A DNA stretch of 64,000 nucleotides, from positions 3,455-67,454 of the IMG/VR virus record IMGVR_UViG_3300020057_000041; one strand, 5' to 3'. Shown here piece by piece: positions 7,497 to 17,380 of the stretch (within the stretch, counting starts at the first letter, position 1; every line of letters starts with the position of its first letter). This DNA comes from a virus. The position numbers and the translations under genes are program-made. The notes below the pieces were generated by a model, which worked only from the letters and a program-made list of their open reading frames with translations, made no database searches and had not been told where the DNA came from.

Positions 7497-8152
7497 AGCA
7501 AGAAACCCCGACTCTGCATAAAGTCAACTGGATGCTTCGAATATTTCTGGTTGTTGCAACGTTGACGCAACAACTGCATGTTGTCATCAGTGTTTGAACC
7601 GCCAAGCGCCAGCGGCATCTTGTGGTCAAGGTGGTACTTGTCACCCAATGGCTGCTTGCAGCATGGGCACATGCCCTTTTGCAGCGCGAAAAGTTTGGCG
7701 CCAAGACCCTTGGACAGCCTCCCACCTGCCTGTAACTTTCTGGCGCGCCGATTGTTGGCTTTGATACGGCAAGCGTCTGGATTTGCTTTTCCCCACAAGG
7801 ATGCGCGCAGGCTATTTGCCTTGCTGTTTTTTAGGCCGTACTCCTTGGCATACGCCTTCACCTTCTCGGGGTATTTCTGTGCCCACGCCTTCACTCTGGT
7901 CCGCGCCACGCTCGGGTCTGCTCGATGTTTAGCCGCAAGTTTTGCAGCGATCTCCTTCTTGTTTTTGACGTAGTAGTCGGCTTTGTATTTCTTGGTACGC
8001 TCGACGTTGGCGCTTCTATAAGCAAGGTTGTTCGATTGCAATTTCTCCGGTTGCTTTTCACGTTGCGACTTCGCCCGCGCCCTGGCGCATGCCTTGCAAT
8101 CGCCGCTTGCATAAAAGTCCGAACAACCACATTTGATGCAGCACTTGGTCAT
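7493..8152 (-). CDS. HNH endonuclease
   Basis: CPCC...HLDHKMPLALGGSNTDDNMQLL...CN; N-terminal CxxC..CxxC. Confidence 0.85.
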   Translation of the reverse strand: MTKCCIKCGCSDFYASGDCKACARARAKSQREKQPEKLQSNNLAYRSANVERTKKYKADYYVKNKKEIAAKLAAKHRADPSVARTRVKAWAQKYPEKVKAYAKEYGLKNSKANSLRASLWGKANPDACRIKANNRRARKLQAGGRLSKGLGAKLFALQKGMCPCCKQPLGDKYHLDHKMPLALGGSNTDDNMQLLRQRCNNQKYSKHPVDFMQSRGFLL

Positions 8153-9648
8153 GCCGCCCTCCGCTTCGCGTATGCAATATTCCTGCTTCTGATCCATGAA
8201 AGAACCTCCGCACCTGGAGGACTTGCAGCAGGCTTGGCCATTGACGGACCGACCTTGAACTTGTCTTGATAGAGGTAGTACGCCAGGCCCGGCTTCTTGT
8301 TCTTCTCAACCGTCCAGCCGATCAACTGCGCGTAGAACGATTCCTTAAACTCGGCGCTGTATTTTTCTTTCTTGGGGACCAGCGTCAGTTCGGTCATTTC
8401 GCCAGGTAGGGCAACAACGGCGTTTTTCCTTACGCGCTCGAAGCCGCAGTGGCTGCACACATCCGATGACGCGCTCCATAGGTGGCCGCACTTGGGGCAC
8501 TTGGACGCTTCCTTATCCTGATCGCTCGGTTCTGGCTTGACCTTCTCCGCGTCGTCATCCAGCCCGGTGACGCCGTTCACGCACAAGTCGTCCCATTGGT
8601 CTCGAAATCGTAGGTAGTTGCCAGAATGGTCGAGCCAGATTGATTCTTCCTTGCCCTCGTGAGGGCGCATGATCCGGCCCAGTTGCTGCACGTGTGCGCT
8701 GAAAGACTTGACAAACGGACGGGCGCTGACGCCGACGCAAACGTCCGTGACATCAAAGCCCTTGGTCAGCATGTCAGTTGCAATCAGCCCATGAATTTCC
8801 GAATCGGGTTTGGAAAATTCCTGCAGAACCTGCGCCACGTATTCAGGGTCTTTGGCGCTGTCCTTGTAGCTGATGCTCACAAAGTTAAACCCGGCTTCCT
8901 GAAACTTTTGCGCCAGGTCGTCCCCGTGCGCAACGCCCGAACAAAAAACGATCGTCTTGCGCGGTCCTGCGAATACCTCTTGGGTTTTGGATACCCATTC
9001 GGCCACGACATCTCCGGTAATCTTGATCCCGCGCGCGGTGGCCTCCTTGTCCGACCACTCACCGGCAACCTTCTTTGCGCCGGTCATGTCGATCTGCCGG
9101 GCAATGAACACCCTCGGGTTGATCAGTCGGCCCTTATCCACCAACTCGTTGACCGTGACGCCCGACACGACGTTGGTGTATACCGATCCCATGCCCTTCG
9201 TGAACGGGCTGCCGGACAAGCCGACCACGTACACACTCAGGTTGTTGCGAATAAACTCAAGCACCGACTCGCGCAAAACGTGCGCCTCGTCGACGATCAA
9301 CAATTTGACAGCCGGAAATCCTTCGCGCGCCTCAAGCGTTTGCACCATGCAAACCTGAATCGGTAACTCCGGGCGCCACCTGGGCGATTTCGGCTGCACT
9401 ATTCCATGATCAATGCCGTACTTCTCCATCCTGGCTGATGTTTGCGCGCACAGCAGTTTGAGGTCCAGCAGCATGGCGCTGCGTTTGTTGTTCCTGGCGG
9501 TCGCGTCCAGCATAGAGACCGCAATCTCCGTCTTGCCGAATCCGCAGGGCCCGTACAAAACCTGCGCGCGATGACCGGCCAAAAAGCCTTCGTGCAACCT
9601 TGCCAGGATTTGCTCCTGCTCAGGCCAAAGTTTCAGGGTCTGCGCCAT
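8149..9648 (-). CDS. SF2 DEAD/DEAH-box helicase with Zn ribbon
   Basis: GPCGFGKT, DEAH, QQLGRIMR, CPKC...CSHC. Confidence 0.9.
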   Translation of the reverse strand: MAQTLKLWPEQEQILARLHEGFLAGHRAQVLYGPCGFGKTEIAVSMLDATARNNKRSAMLLDLKLLCAQTSARMEKYGIDHGIVQPKSPRWRPELPIQVCMVQTLEAREGFPAVKLLIVDEAHVLRESVLEFIRNNLSVYVVGLSGSPFTKGMGSVYTNVVSGVTVNELVDKGRLINPRVFIARQIDMTGAKKVAGEWSDKEATARGIKITGDVVAEWVSKTQEVFAGPRKTIVFCSGVAHGDDLAQKFQEAGFNFVSISYKDSAKDPEYVAQVLQEFSKPDSEIHGLIATDMLTKGFDVTDVCVGVSARPFVKSFSAHVQQLGRIMRPHEGKEESIWLDHSGNYLRFRDQWDDLCVNGVTGLDDDAEKVKPEPSDQDKEASKCPKCGHLWSASSDVCSHCGFERVRKNAVVALPGEMTELTLVPKKEKYSAEFKESFYAQLIGWTVEKNKKPGLAYYLYQDKFKVGPSMAKPAASPPGAEVLSWIRSRNIAYAKRRAA

Positions 9649-9649
9649 A

Positions 9650-10423
9650 TCAGGCAGTCCTGCGCCCGGTGACTTTGTCGATCTCGCGCCTCTGGCGATT
9701 GATCTGGTTGCGCAGTTGCACGTTTTCGGCCTGGTACGTGTCGCGCGATATCGTGACCGCCCTCAGCGTCTGCTCCAGCGCCTTGATTCGGGCGCGCAAT
9801 TCGGCGATCAAGGTTGCCGCCTGGCCTTTGTCCTCGTGCGACACGTCGCCCATGTTGGCGACCACGAGAGCGTCCTGCAGGTCCTTGACCTGATCTTGCG
9901 CAGCGTCGAGGTCGGTGTATTCGTCCTCTTTTGGCGGCTGGACGACGGTCAGGGCTGGTTTGGTAGGCTTCGCCTCGGCCTTCGGCTTGGCTGGCTTGGC
10001 GGCCTTGGTGGCGCGCAACATCGCAGCAGTCGTAACCTCGCCAGCTATTTCCTTTGCCGCAGCAACAGCATGTTCGAACTTGTCATCCGATACGCCGGCC
10101 AGCTTTTGCCAACGGCTTGATTCGTTCTTGCTGATGCCCATGTCCGCTAACGACTTGGGGAGCTCGGTCCCATCGTGTGACCGAGCTCTGGATTTAGATG
10201 CGTGCCCTCCGTCACGCTTATCCATGCCCGCCAAAAGTTGCCCGGCACGCCGCTCTGCGCGAACCTTTATTTCGGTCACCCAGGCGATCATCTCCGTGTC
10301 CTTAGCCTGGCGCGCATAAGCTGCCATTGCTTCGGCCTTGTCCCGGATATTCTTGACCTCATCAACTGCGTGGGCCGCTGCCAACGCGAAACGGGCCGCT
10401 TCATACTTGACCAGTGAATTCAT
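9650..10423 (-). CDS. phage protein, replication region (HTH + coiled coil)
   Basis: DEVKNIRDKAEAMAAYARQAKD...RAERRAGQLL...LADMGISKNESSRWQKLA. Confidence 0.7.
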   Translation of the reverse strand: MNSLVKYEAARFALAAAHAVDEVKNIRDKAEAMAAYARQAKDTEMIAWVTEIKVRAERRAGQLLAGMDKRDGGHASKSRARSHDGTELPKSLADMGISKNESSRWQKLAGVSDDKFEHAVAAAKEIAGEVTTAAMLRATKAAKPAKPKAEAKPTKPALTVVQPPKEDEYTDLDAAQDQVKDLQDALVVANMGDVSHEDKGQAATLIAELRARIKALEQTLRAVTISRDTYQAENVQLRNQINRQRREIDKVTGRRTA

Positions 10424-10608
10424 GTGTTTTCTCGTATTTGTTGCGTCAACCCACGCTTGCCCGCAAAGTTGAGCCGGTGATACGACGCCAGTGCTGCCGC
10501 CTGGTGCCGCTGCTTGCGCTCTTGCGCGTCGTACAGTGCTGGCCTGCCGCGCCTCACAACGCGCTTGTCGCCCGTCACGCTCGGGCCCTTCCAGTCAAAC
10601 GGGCTCAT
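10420..10608 (-). CDS. small basic protein
   Basis: Coupled by ATGA overlaps; RGRP motif. Confidence 0.5.
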   Translation of the reverse strand: MSPFDWKGPSVTGDKRVVRRGRPALYDAQERKQRHQAAALASYHRLNFAGKRGLTQQIRENT

Positions 10609-10874
10609 GCTGTTCCCCATGGGTTATGTGCGCACACCAGCGGCTTGGCCCTGGCGGCTGCATGCCGGGCATCAAGCGCAGCAAGTCGTGCCACCCTGCG
10701 CTCTGCAGCTGCCTTGGCCTTGATCTGTTCCAGCGTGGGCCTGTTCGGCTTGATCTGCAACACTCGCATCGTTGCTTCCAGGTCGTGATGCGACACGCCC
10801 AGGGCATCGGCTATCTGCTTGCGGGCCATGCCTTTGGCCGCCATGTCTTCTATCTGCACCGCGATCTTGTTCAT
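10605..10874 (-). CDS. small HTH protein
   Basis: AAKGMARKQIADALGVS; ATGA overlap. Confidence 0.55.
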   Translation of the reverse strand: MNKIAVQIEDMAAKGMARKQIADALGVSHHDLEATMRVLQIKPNRPTLEQIKAKAAAERRVARLAALDARHAAARAKPLVCAHNPWGTA

Positions 10875-11473
10875 GCGGCACCCCACGGGTTGTGCGGCCC
10901 GGCAACTGGCTTTGCTTGCGGCCATTCCTGCACGGTGACCTGATGCGGAATCTCGGGCCACACAGGAGCCGGTTCTTCTTTTGTGCCGTGCTGGTCTGCT
11001 ATCGCTTGCCAGTCGTCGACTGCCGTGTACTGATGGTCTTTTTCGGATAGCTTGACGCTGGTGACCAGCCCGTGGCCCTCAGCTCTGCGCAAATACTTCG
11101 AAATAACGGAGCTGGTCAGCGCCAAGTGCGGGAGCAAGTCCCGGCAGCGCGACGGGCCTATGCGCCCCAACACTTCGACGACATCCCTAGTTGCTTGACC
11201 GATGGGCCGGATATCGGCCCTTGTCTGTGTGATAGCGCACTGACCGCCGGAGGACCATGTCATACCTCTCGTTCCCTTTGCTATCTGATGCGCCTGCAGC
11301 GAAGATCGGGTGAGCGCAAGGTATTGCCGATGCAACAACTCTTTATCCATAGCAACCAGATGCCGCATGTACTCAGACACGCTTTCAAACCCTCGGGCCT
11401 CAGCCAGCCCCTTGATTTGCGGAATCTCGTCCGGAGGAAACTTGACGGATACGGGCACCGTGGGAATGCTCAT
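10871..11473 (-). CDS. RHH-like N-terminus plus winged-HTH; possibly two genes (internal GAGG-ATG at 11263)
   Basis: VSVKFPPDE...GFESVSEYMRHLV, then LTSSVISKYLRRAEGHGLV. Confidence 0.5.
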   Translation of the reverse strand: MSIPTVPVSVKFPPDEIPQIKGLAEARGFESVSEYMRHLVAMDKELLHRQYLALTRSSLQAHQIAKGTRGMTWSSGGQCAITQTRADIRPIGQATRDVVEVLGRIGPSRCRDLLPHLALTSSVISKYLRRAEGHGLVTSVKLSEKDHQYTAVDDWQAIADQHGTKEEPAPVWPEIPHQVTVQEWPQAKPVAGPHNPWGAA

Positions 11474-11521
11474 GCTGCGAGTCCTTGGATCAATGCGATT
11501 GATGCGCTGCCGAGGTGGATG

Positions 11522-11725
11522 TCAGAGTGGACTGAGCAGCTGGGCCAGCGCCTTTGGCGTCAACCTTTTGCGGGCCAAGCACCCGATGACTTTGTCAGAG
11601 ATACCAGGGGTGAGCGTCGCAGGCCACTTGCGAATGGCTTGAAGACAAATGCCCATGGCCCGGGCGGCATTGGCATCGGTTCCACCGAGCGCCGCGATAG
11701 CAATTTTTTTATCCATAGGCGACAT
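11522..11725 (-). CDS. Cro-like repressor
   Basis: AIAALGGTDANAARAMGICLQAIRKWP; divergent from a CI-like gene and heads the replication operon. Confidence 0.75.
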   Translation of the reverse strand: MSPMDKKIAIAALGGTDANAARAMGICLQAIRKWPATLTPGISDKVIGCLARKRLTPKALAQLLSPL

Positions 11726-12083
11726 TATGAACTTTCAGTGTGACTCGTGGGAGCAATCGTCGATAGATTTTTTCTATCAGAAGCACGAAACCGATTACTC
11801 GCATCGATTGAAGATGGCAATCGCGGCCAGAAACGTGTCGTACATTCAGCTCGCCAAGGCTATGGGAGTGACGTACCAGGCGGTGCAGAAGGTGATCACA
11901 GGCAAGACGAAAGAGTTCGGCGCGTCGAATCATTTCCGGGCTGCGGAGTATCTGTCGGTCAATCCGATTTGGCTGCTGGAGGGCAGTGGATCGATGAACG
12001 GATCGGAGCCTGCAACGCCAATGCGCAGCGCCTTGTCATTTCAAAGCCGTGGCCAGGACCGCCGCCGCCTGCGCCATAAATAG
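11726..12083 (+). CDS. CI-like XRE HTH repressor without an S24 peptidase domain (start uncertain)
   Basis: RLKMAI...QLAKAMGVTYQAVQKVITGKTK...AEYLSVNPIWLLEGSG. Confidence 0.7.
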
Positions 12084-12204
12084 CCTTCATCTATCGGCAG
12101 CCAAAGGTCATTGAGAAATATATTTCACGACGTTGGTTGACGGTGTGCGAGAACTAATGTTCAAATACTCCCAGGCTCACAAACAGGGCCAAGGAGATCG
12201 CAGG

Positions 12205-12453
12205 ATGAATTTACGCAAAGAGGTCCGCAAGGAAGCTATCGAGATCGAAAAGAACGTTCCGATGCCATCGCTTCAAAGAGCCACAGGCTTGTTGTCGGCA
12301 ATGATGCAAATGGAAGTTGGCGATAGCGTATTCGTCAAAGACAAGACTACCGCAACCCTGAGCAGCTGCCTTACATACGCCAAGCGCAAGACCGGCAACA
12401 AGTTTGCGTCGCGCACTGTTGAAGGTGGCGTGCGCGTCTGGCGGACAGCATGA
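12205..12453 (+). CDS. small phage DNA-binding-type protein
   Basis: IEIEKNVPMP...MEVGDSVFV...GGVRVWR. Confidence 0.65.
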   Translation: MNLRKEVRKEAIEIEKNVPMPSLQRATGLLSAMMQMEVGDSVFVKDKTTATLSSCLTYAKRKTGNKFASRTVEGGVRVWRTA

Positions 12454-13674
12454 ACGACAGATTGCACCCAATCATGGCAACCGCTCTCGCATCGGCGGTA
12501 GACGTAGCAGCGCTGCGGCAGGAAAACGCGGGCCTACGCGAAGAACTGCAGCGGGCGGTTGGAGAGTGCTGTAACCAATATTGGGACGACGGCCACGCCG
12601 ACCGCGTGAGTCGCCTGTACGGGATCGATCTTGACATGCTCAAGGTTCTGGGGAATGCGCTGTGAACGCCAAGCCTGCACCGCCTTCGGGCTTTGAGTAT
12701 TCCCGCGCTGTCAACAGCATCATTCATAATTACACACCGGAAATCTACGCTTGCATGAAATGCGGGTGGCCGGTTGTCGACGGCTACTACTGCGAAACAT
12801 GTGGCGATGCAAATCCTAGAGAACCGAAACCTCAGGACGACAAGCCGATGCAGCTTGTTTTGGCCTTGCTGGACGAGGTTGAACTCGCGCAAGGCGGAGC
12901 GAACGGTCCAACGATCAAACTGCGCGCAGCCATTGCCAAGGCTACAGGGGAGGCAGTATGAACACCGACAACAGCGGCCCAGCATTCCCGTCGAATCGGG
13001 ACATGGCGCACGACTCCAAATATGATCACGCGCCCGGCATGAGCATGCGCGACTACTTCGCAGCGAAGGCTATGCATGCGCTACTTAATAACGCATCGGC
13101 CATGGAAGGAGCGTGGCATGTGGAGGCTAAAGCAGCCTACGCGATTGCCGACGCAATGCTGGCAGCGAGGGCCAAGCCATGAAACGCTCCTATCAGCGCA
13201 TGCTCGCCCCACACAACACTGGCAAGGTCCAGATCGGGCGCGCCTATGTCTCACCACCGATGCGCATTGAAGGCGAAGCCCTGTACGTGCAGCGAGCCTT
13301 GCTCGAAACGCATGGCCTACCACCAGCACATCCGCTAGCCAAGCTCGTAGCGCCCATCTGGAGATGGCTGTGAGGGACGGATTCCTTCTTGCGATGGCCC
13401 TGTGCTGCGTCATCGTGATCGCCACGTGGATTTACGCGGTACTGCTCGATTCTGACGACGACACAAAAGGAGACTGAACATGGACTACGTGCTTTGGGCC
13501 GTACTGTTTTTTGCTGGCACTGTGCTTGCTCTTATCTTGCTGCACGGCGGGAGCGACCGCGACGAGTGGGACCAAGCCCACGACGACATGGAGCAGCAGG
13601 AAGCGGTGACAAAGCCCGCAACATTGGAACCACACCCACATCGCCGGGCCGGCACTGGCTGGATGGGCGATTAA
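12450..13674 (+). other. run of small coupled hypothetical CDSs (12450..12665, 12662..12961, 12958..13182, 13179..13373, 13480..13674)
   Basis: Consecutive 4-nt overlaps. 12958..13182 has the common phage motif GPAFP...GMSMRDYFAAKAM. Confidence 0.65.
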
Positions 13675-13690
13675 CCACAAGGACAAAATC

Positions 13691-14989
13691 ATGAGCATCG
13701 AAATGTTTGACCAACACACGACGGAATTGACCGTCATCCAGCGCGCCGCTGTGGCGCTTGGCTCCGACCGGGCCAGATCCGAACTTGCCGCCTTGGTCAA
13801 GAAATCTGCGTCCATCAGGGAGGTGAAGAACACCGCTGGCCGCGAGGAATGCCACGGCGCTGCGATGGTGCTGGTCAAGGCCCGCACCACGATCCAAAAG
13901 ACCGGCAAGGCCGCGCGTGACGATGCGACCCAGTTCTCCAAGGCCGTGATCGCCGAGGAAAAGGAACTGATCGCCATCACCCAGGGCGAAGAGGATCGCC
14001 TGCTGGCCCTGCGCAACGCCTGGGACGAAGCCCGGGCCGCCGAGCGGGCCGAGGCCGAGCGCATCGAGCGCGCCCGCATCGAGGCTATCACGCTGCGCAT
14101 TGCCGACATCCGGGAGTGCTCTGTGCTGGCCAGCCAGTGCCGCACGGCTGCCGACGCTGATTGGATGATCCAGAAACTGGCCAGCAACCCGCTGGAAGGG
14201 TTTGAGGAATTCAGCGAGGAAGCGGCAGTCGCGCGCAGCAAGTCACTCGCCCGCATGATGGAAATTGCCAATGAGAAGCGTGATCAGGAAGCCGAAGCCG
14301 CCCGCGCCAAGGCCGAGCGTGAAGCCGAAGTCCAGCGCCTGGCCGACGAACGGGCAGAACTGGCCCGCCAGCGTGACGAGCAGGCCGAGCGTGACCGTGT
14401 GGCAAAGGTGGAGGCTGCAGCGGCCCAGAAGGCATTGGACGATGCTCGCAAGGCACAGGAAGCAGAGATGCAGCGCCAGCGCGCCGAACTTGCCGCCGAG
14501 CAAGCCGCAGCCCGGGCGCAGTTGCAGGCAGACCTGCAGCGCATGGCCGCCGAGCGCGACGCGTTGATGCGCGAGCAAATGACTTTGCGCCAGGCCGAAG
14601 CTGACCGGGTTGCAGCCGAAGCGAGGTTGCTGGAAGCCGCAGCCGTGCGAGAGATAGCGCCCATTGCGGAGTCCGACCCGATCTTTGAGCAGCGCGACGG
14701 AGGCGAACTGTTGGACGCACAGCGCACTTACCCCAATGGCGCGCCGATGTACAGCACGACCGTATTCAAGGACAACGGCCAACCGATCATGCTTGACGAG
14801 AACGGTGCGCGAAGTGTGTTCTGCGACATCGCAGACGATCCGACAGATTCCCTCGAAGGCCCCAGCGATGGCGAAATCATCGCTGCTGCCGTGACGGCGG
14901 TTGCCGACATTTTTTGCTGCACTCCCAAAGCAGCCCTCAATCGACTGGCCGAGATTGAGGATTGGATCACGGCCGAAGTTACAGCTTGA
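13691..14989 (+). CDS. coiled-coil phage protein upstream of recombination genes
   Basis: 432 aa, Ala/Glu/Arg-rich helical sequence; AAGGA RBS. Confidence 0.75.
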   Translation: MSIEMFDQHTTELTVIQRAAVALGSDRARSELAALVKKSASIREVKNTAGREECHGAAMVLVKARTTIQKTGKAARDDATQFSKAVIAEEKELIAITQGEEDRLLALRNAWDEARAAERAEAERIERARIEAITLRIADIRECSVLASQCRTAADADWMIQKLASNPLEGFEEFSEEAAVARSKSLARMMEIANEKRDQEAEAARAKAEREAEVQRLADERAELARQRDEQAERDRVAKVEAAAAQKALDDARKAQEAEMQRQRAELAAEQAAARAQLQADLQRMAAERDALMREQMTLRQAEADRVAAEARLLEAAAVREIAPIAESDPIFEQRDGGELLDAQRTYPNGAPMYSTTVFKDNGQPIMLDENGARSVFCDIADDPTDSLEGPSDGEIIAAAVTAVADIFCCTPKAALNRLAEIEDWITAEVTA

Positions 14990-14998
14990 AGGAAAACC

Positions 14999-15778
14999 AT
15001 GAACGAAGTATTGCAAGACACAATGACCATTGAAATGGTCGAGCAAGATGAAGCGCCGGCGCAGCCGCTGGCCGTTGTTCAAGAGCCCATCGTTGGCCCG
15101 TTGGCCATGGCCATGCAGGCGATCAAGGCTGGCATGAGCGTGGCCGACATGCGCGACATGCTCAACCTGCAAAAAGAGTGGGAAGCAAACGAGGCGCGCA
15201 AGGCATTCATCAGTGCGATGGCCGAGTTCAAAAAGAACCCGCCGTCGATCCTGAAAGACAAGCACGTCGAGTTCACATCGAGCAAGGGCACGACATCCTA
15301 CGACCACTCGACCATCGGCCATGTGTGCGACCAGATCATCAGGGCCGCTGCCGAGTACGGTTTCAGCCACCGTTGGATTCCGTCACTTGCTGACGGCTTC
15401 TACGTTGTCACCTGTGAAGTCACGCACCGCCTCGGGCATACGCAGTCGACGGCGCTGCCCGGGCCGCGCGATGACACCGGCAACAAGAACATCTTGCAGG
15501 CCGGGCAGTCGACAATCACCTACCTGTCTCGGTACACGCTCCTGCTGGCCTACGGTTTCGCCAGCAAGGACCAACCCGACGACGATGGCCGTGGAGGCGT
15601 GCAGGCGGTCCCGCCCGACTTGCTGCAGGCCGCCCGCGATGCCGCCATGCAGGGATGGAAATCACTGGCCGCATGGATCAACGCGCGCACGCCCGAAGAA
15701 CGCGTTGCACTCAATCCCGAGTCGGACAACCTCAAGCGCGCAGCCAAGGCCGCCGACAAAAAAGGAGCAGCAACATGA
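14999..15778 (+). CDS. ERF-family ssDNA-annealing protein
   Basis: ARKAFISAMAEFK...GQSTITYLSRYTL...DDDG. Confidence 0.85.
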   Translation: MNEVLQDTMTIEMVEQDEAPAQPLAVVQEPIVGPLAMAMQAIKAGMSVADMRDMLNLQKEWEANEARKAFISAMAEFKKNPPSILKDKHVEFTSSKGTTSYDHSTIGHVCDQIIRAAAEYGFSHRWIPSLADGFYVVTCEVTHRLGHTQSTALPGPRDDTGNKNILQAGQSTITYLSRYTLLLAYGFASKDQPDDDGRGGVQAVPPDLLQAARDAAMQGWKSLAAWINARTPEERVALNPESDNLKRAAKAADKKGAAT

Positions 15779-16434
15779 AGATGGAACACTTCGACTACGA
15801 GCAGGGCTCGCCCCAGTGGCTGGACGTCAGAAAAGGCGTGATCACCGGGAGCAAGTTCAAGGACGCGCGCGAACGCTTGAAAAGCGGCCACCCGTCTGCC
15901 AAGGCGATGCTGTACGCGATGAATCTGGCGCGCGAGCGATGCCACGGCACGGCGCCCGCCATTTTCGTGAACGGGGCCATGCGCCAGGGCACCGAGCAGG
16001 AGCCGTTCGCCCGCGCGCATTACGAGAGCGTGCGCAACGTGCTGGTCGAGCCGGTCGGATTCTTCAAGACGCACGACGACCTTTACGGGATTTCTCCCGA
16101 TGGTTTGATCGACGACGATGGCGTGCTGGAAATCAAGACGATGGTGTCAAGCGAAACGCTGTTTACCGCCATGGTGACCGACAACATCAGCGAGTACATC
16201 GACCAGTGCAACGGCTACCTGTGGCTCCTGGGCCGCAAGTGGGTAGACATGTGTCTCTGGTGCCCCGACCTGGCCGAACTCGGAATGCAGATGCGGGTGA
16301 TCCGCATCGAGCGCAACGAGAACGACATCGAGAAACTTGAAGCGGACCTGACGGCCTTTGCCGGGACGGTCCGCATGTATGAATCGGCGCTGCGTAAAGC
16401 AGCAATTGCAAACAAAGAAAAGGAAACAGCATGA
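15775..16434 (+). CDS. YqaJ/lambda-exonuclease family protein
   Basis: EQGSPQWLDVRKGVITGS...GTEQEP...SPDGLI...LEIK. Confidence 0.9.
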   Translation: MKMEHFDYEQGSPQWLDVRKGVITGSKFKDARERLKSGHPSAKAMLYAMNLARERCHGTAPAIFVNGAMRQGTEQEPFARAHYESVRNVLVEPVGFFKTHDDLYGISPDGLIDDDGVLEIKTMVSSETLFTAMVTDNISEYIDQCNGYLWLLGRKWVDMCLWCPDLAELGMQMRVIRIERNENDIEKLEADLTAFAGTVRMYESALRKAAIANKEKETA

Positions 16435-16847
16435 CCACGATGTACGGATTGGCCAAGATCGGCCGCGATGCAGAACTTCGCAGGACCGCCGGCGGCGAGG
16501 CTGTCTGCAACCTGTCCCTTGCCTTCAACTACGGGCGCAAGGGAGAGGATGGCAAGCAGCCTACCCAATGGGTTGAAGGCGTGCTTTGGTCGAAGCGTGC
16601 CGAAGCCATGGCGCAGTACATGGTGAAGGGCCAAAGCGTGATGGTGACGCTACAGGATGTGCATATCGAGTCGTTCACGAAGTCGGACAACACGACGGCA
16701 TCAAAACTGGTCGGGCGCGTGGCTGAAATCTCATTCGCTGGTCCGGCACCACAGCGCCAGGAAGCGCCGCCACCACCGCCGCCGAAGCCAAAACCGGCGC
16801 CAGCTTCGTCCGGGTTCGACGGGATGGACGATGACATCCCATGGTAG
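16431..16847 (+). CDS. ssb: single-stranded DNA-binding protein
   Basis: IGRDAELRRTAGG OB-fold start; acidic tail DDDIPW. Confidence 0.92.
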   Translation: MTTMYGLAKIGRDAELRRTAGGEAVCNLSLAFNYGRKGEDGKQPTQWVEGVLWSKRAEAMAQYMVKGQSVMVTLQDVHIESFTKSDNTTASKLVGRVAEISFAGPAPQRQEAPPPPPPKPKPAPASSGFDGMDDDIPW

Positions 16848-17380
16848 CCGTGAATTTATCCGTTGACATCTCCAATGCCCGTTTCGGAAGTCTGACGGCC
16901 ATGTCTCAATCGGGGTGGCACATCCAATCAAGCGGGAGGCGTATGCCAATATGGCGGTGCAAATGCGATTGCGGTTCTGAATTGGATGTGCGCAAGACCT
17001 ACTTAACATCTGGAGACACAAAAAGCTGCGGGTGCCTTCGTCGACGAACGACGGCCAGTCTCAAGATGAAACACGGGATGGCTCACAAGTCCTCAACCTA
17101 TGACATTTGGGTGTTGATGCGTCAAAGATGCAACAACCCGCGCGCCAACGGATTCCGCTACTACGGCGGGCGCGGCGTGACGGTCTGCGAAAGATGGGAT
17201 GACTACGCCAATTTTCTGTCCGATATGGGCGAGCGCCCCACTGGCCTGACTCTTGATCGGCGCGATCCATATGGCAACTATGAACCGTCAAATTGCCGAT
17301 GGGAAACATGGACAGTTCAGAACAACAACAAGCGGACGCATGCACTGGTCGACAACGACATGCGGAGGATGACGCGATGA
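16841..17380 (+). CDS. HNH homing-endonuclease-like protein
   Basis: WRCKCDCG...SCGC...MRQRC...YGGRGVTVCERW...TLDRRDPYGNYEPSNCRW. Confidence 0.85.
   Translation: MVAVNLSVDISNARFGSLTAMSQSGWHIQSSGRRMPIWRCKCDCGSELDVRKTYLTSGDTKSCGCLRRRTTASLKMKHGMAHKSSTYDIWVLMRQRCNNPRANGFRYYGGRGVTVCERWDDYANFLSDMGERPTGLTLDRRDPYGNYEPSNCRWETWTVQNNNKRTHALVDNDMRRMTR

Noticed and set aside
9960-10015. GGC-rich periodic stretch resembling the arrays
   Set aside because: It lies inside a CDS encoding the AKAAKPAKPKAEAKP linker and has codon (3-nt) rather than 5-nt periodicity.
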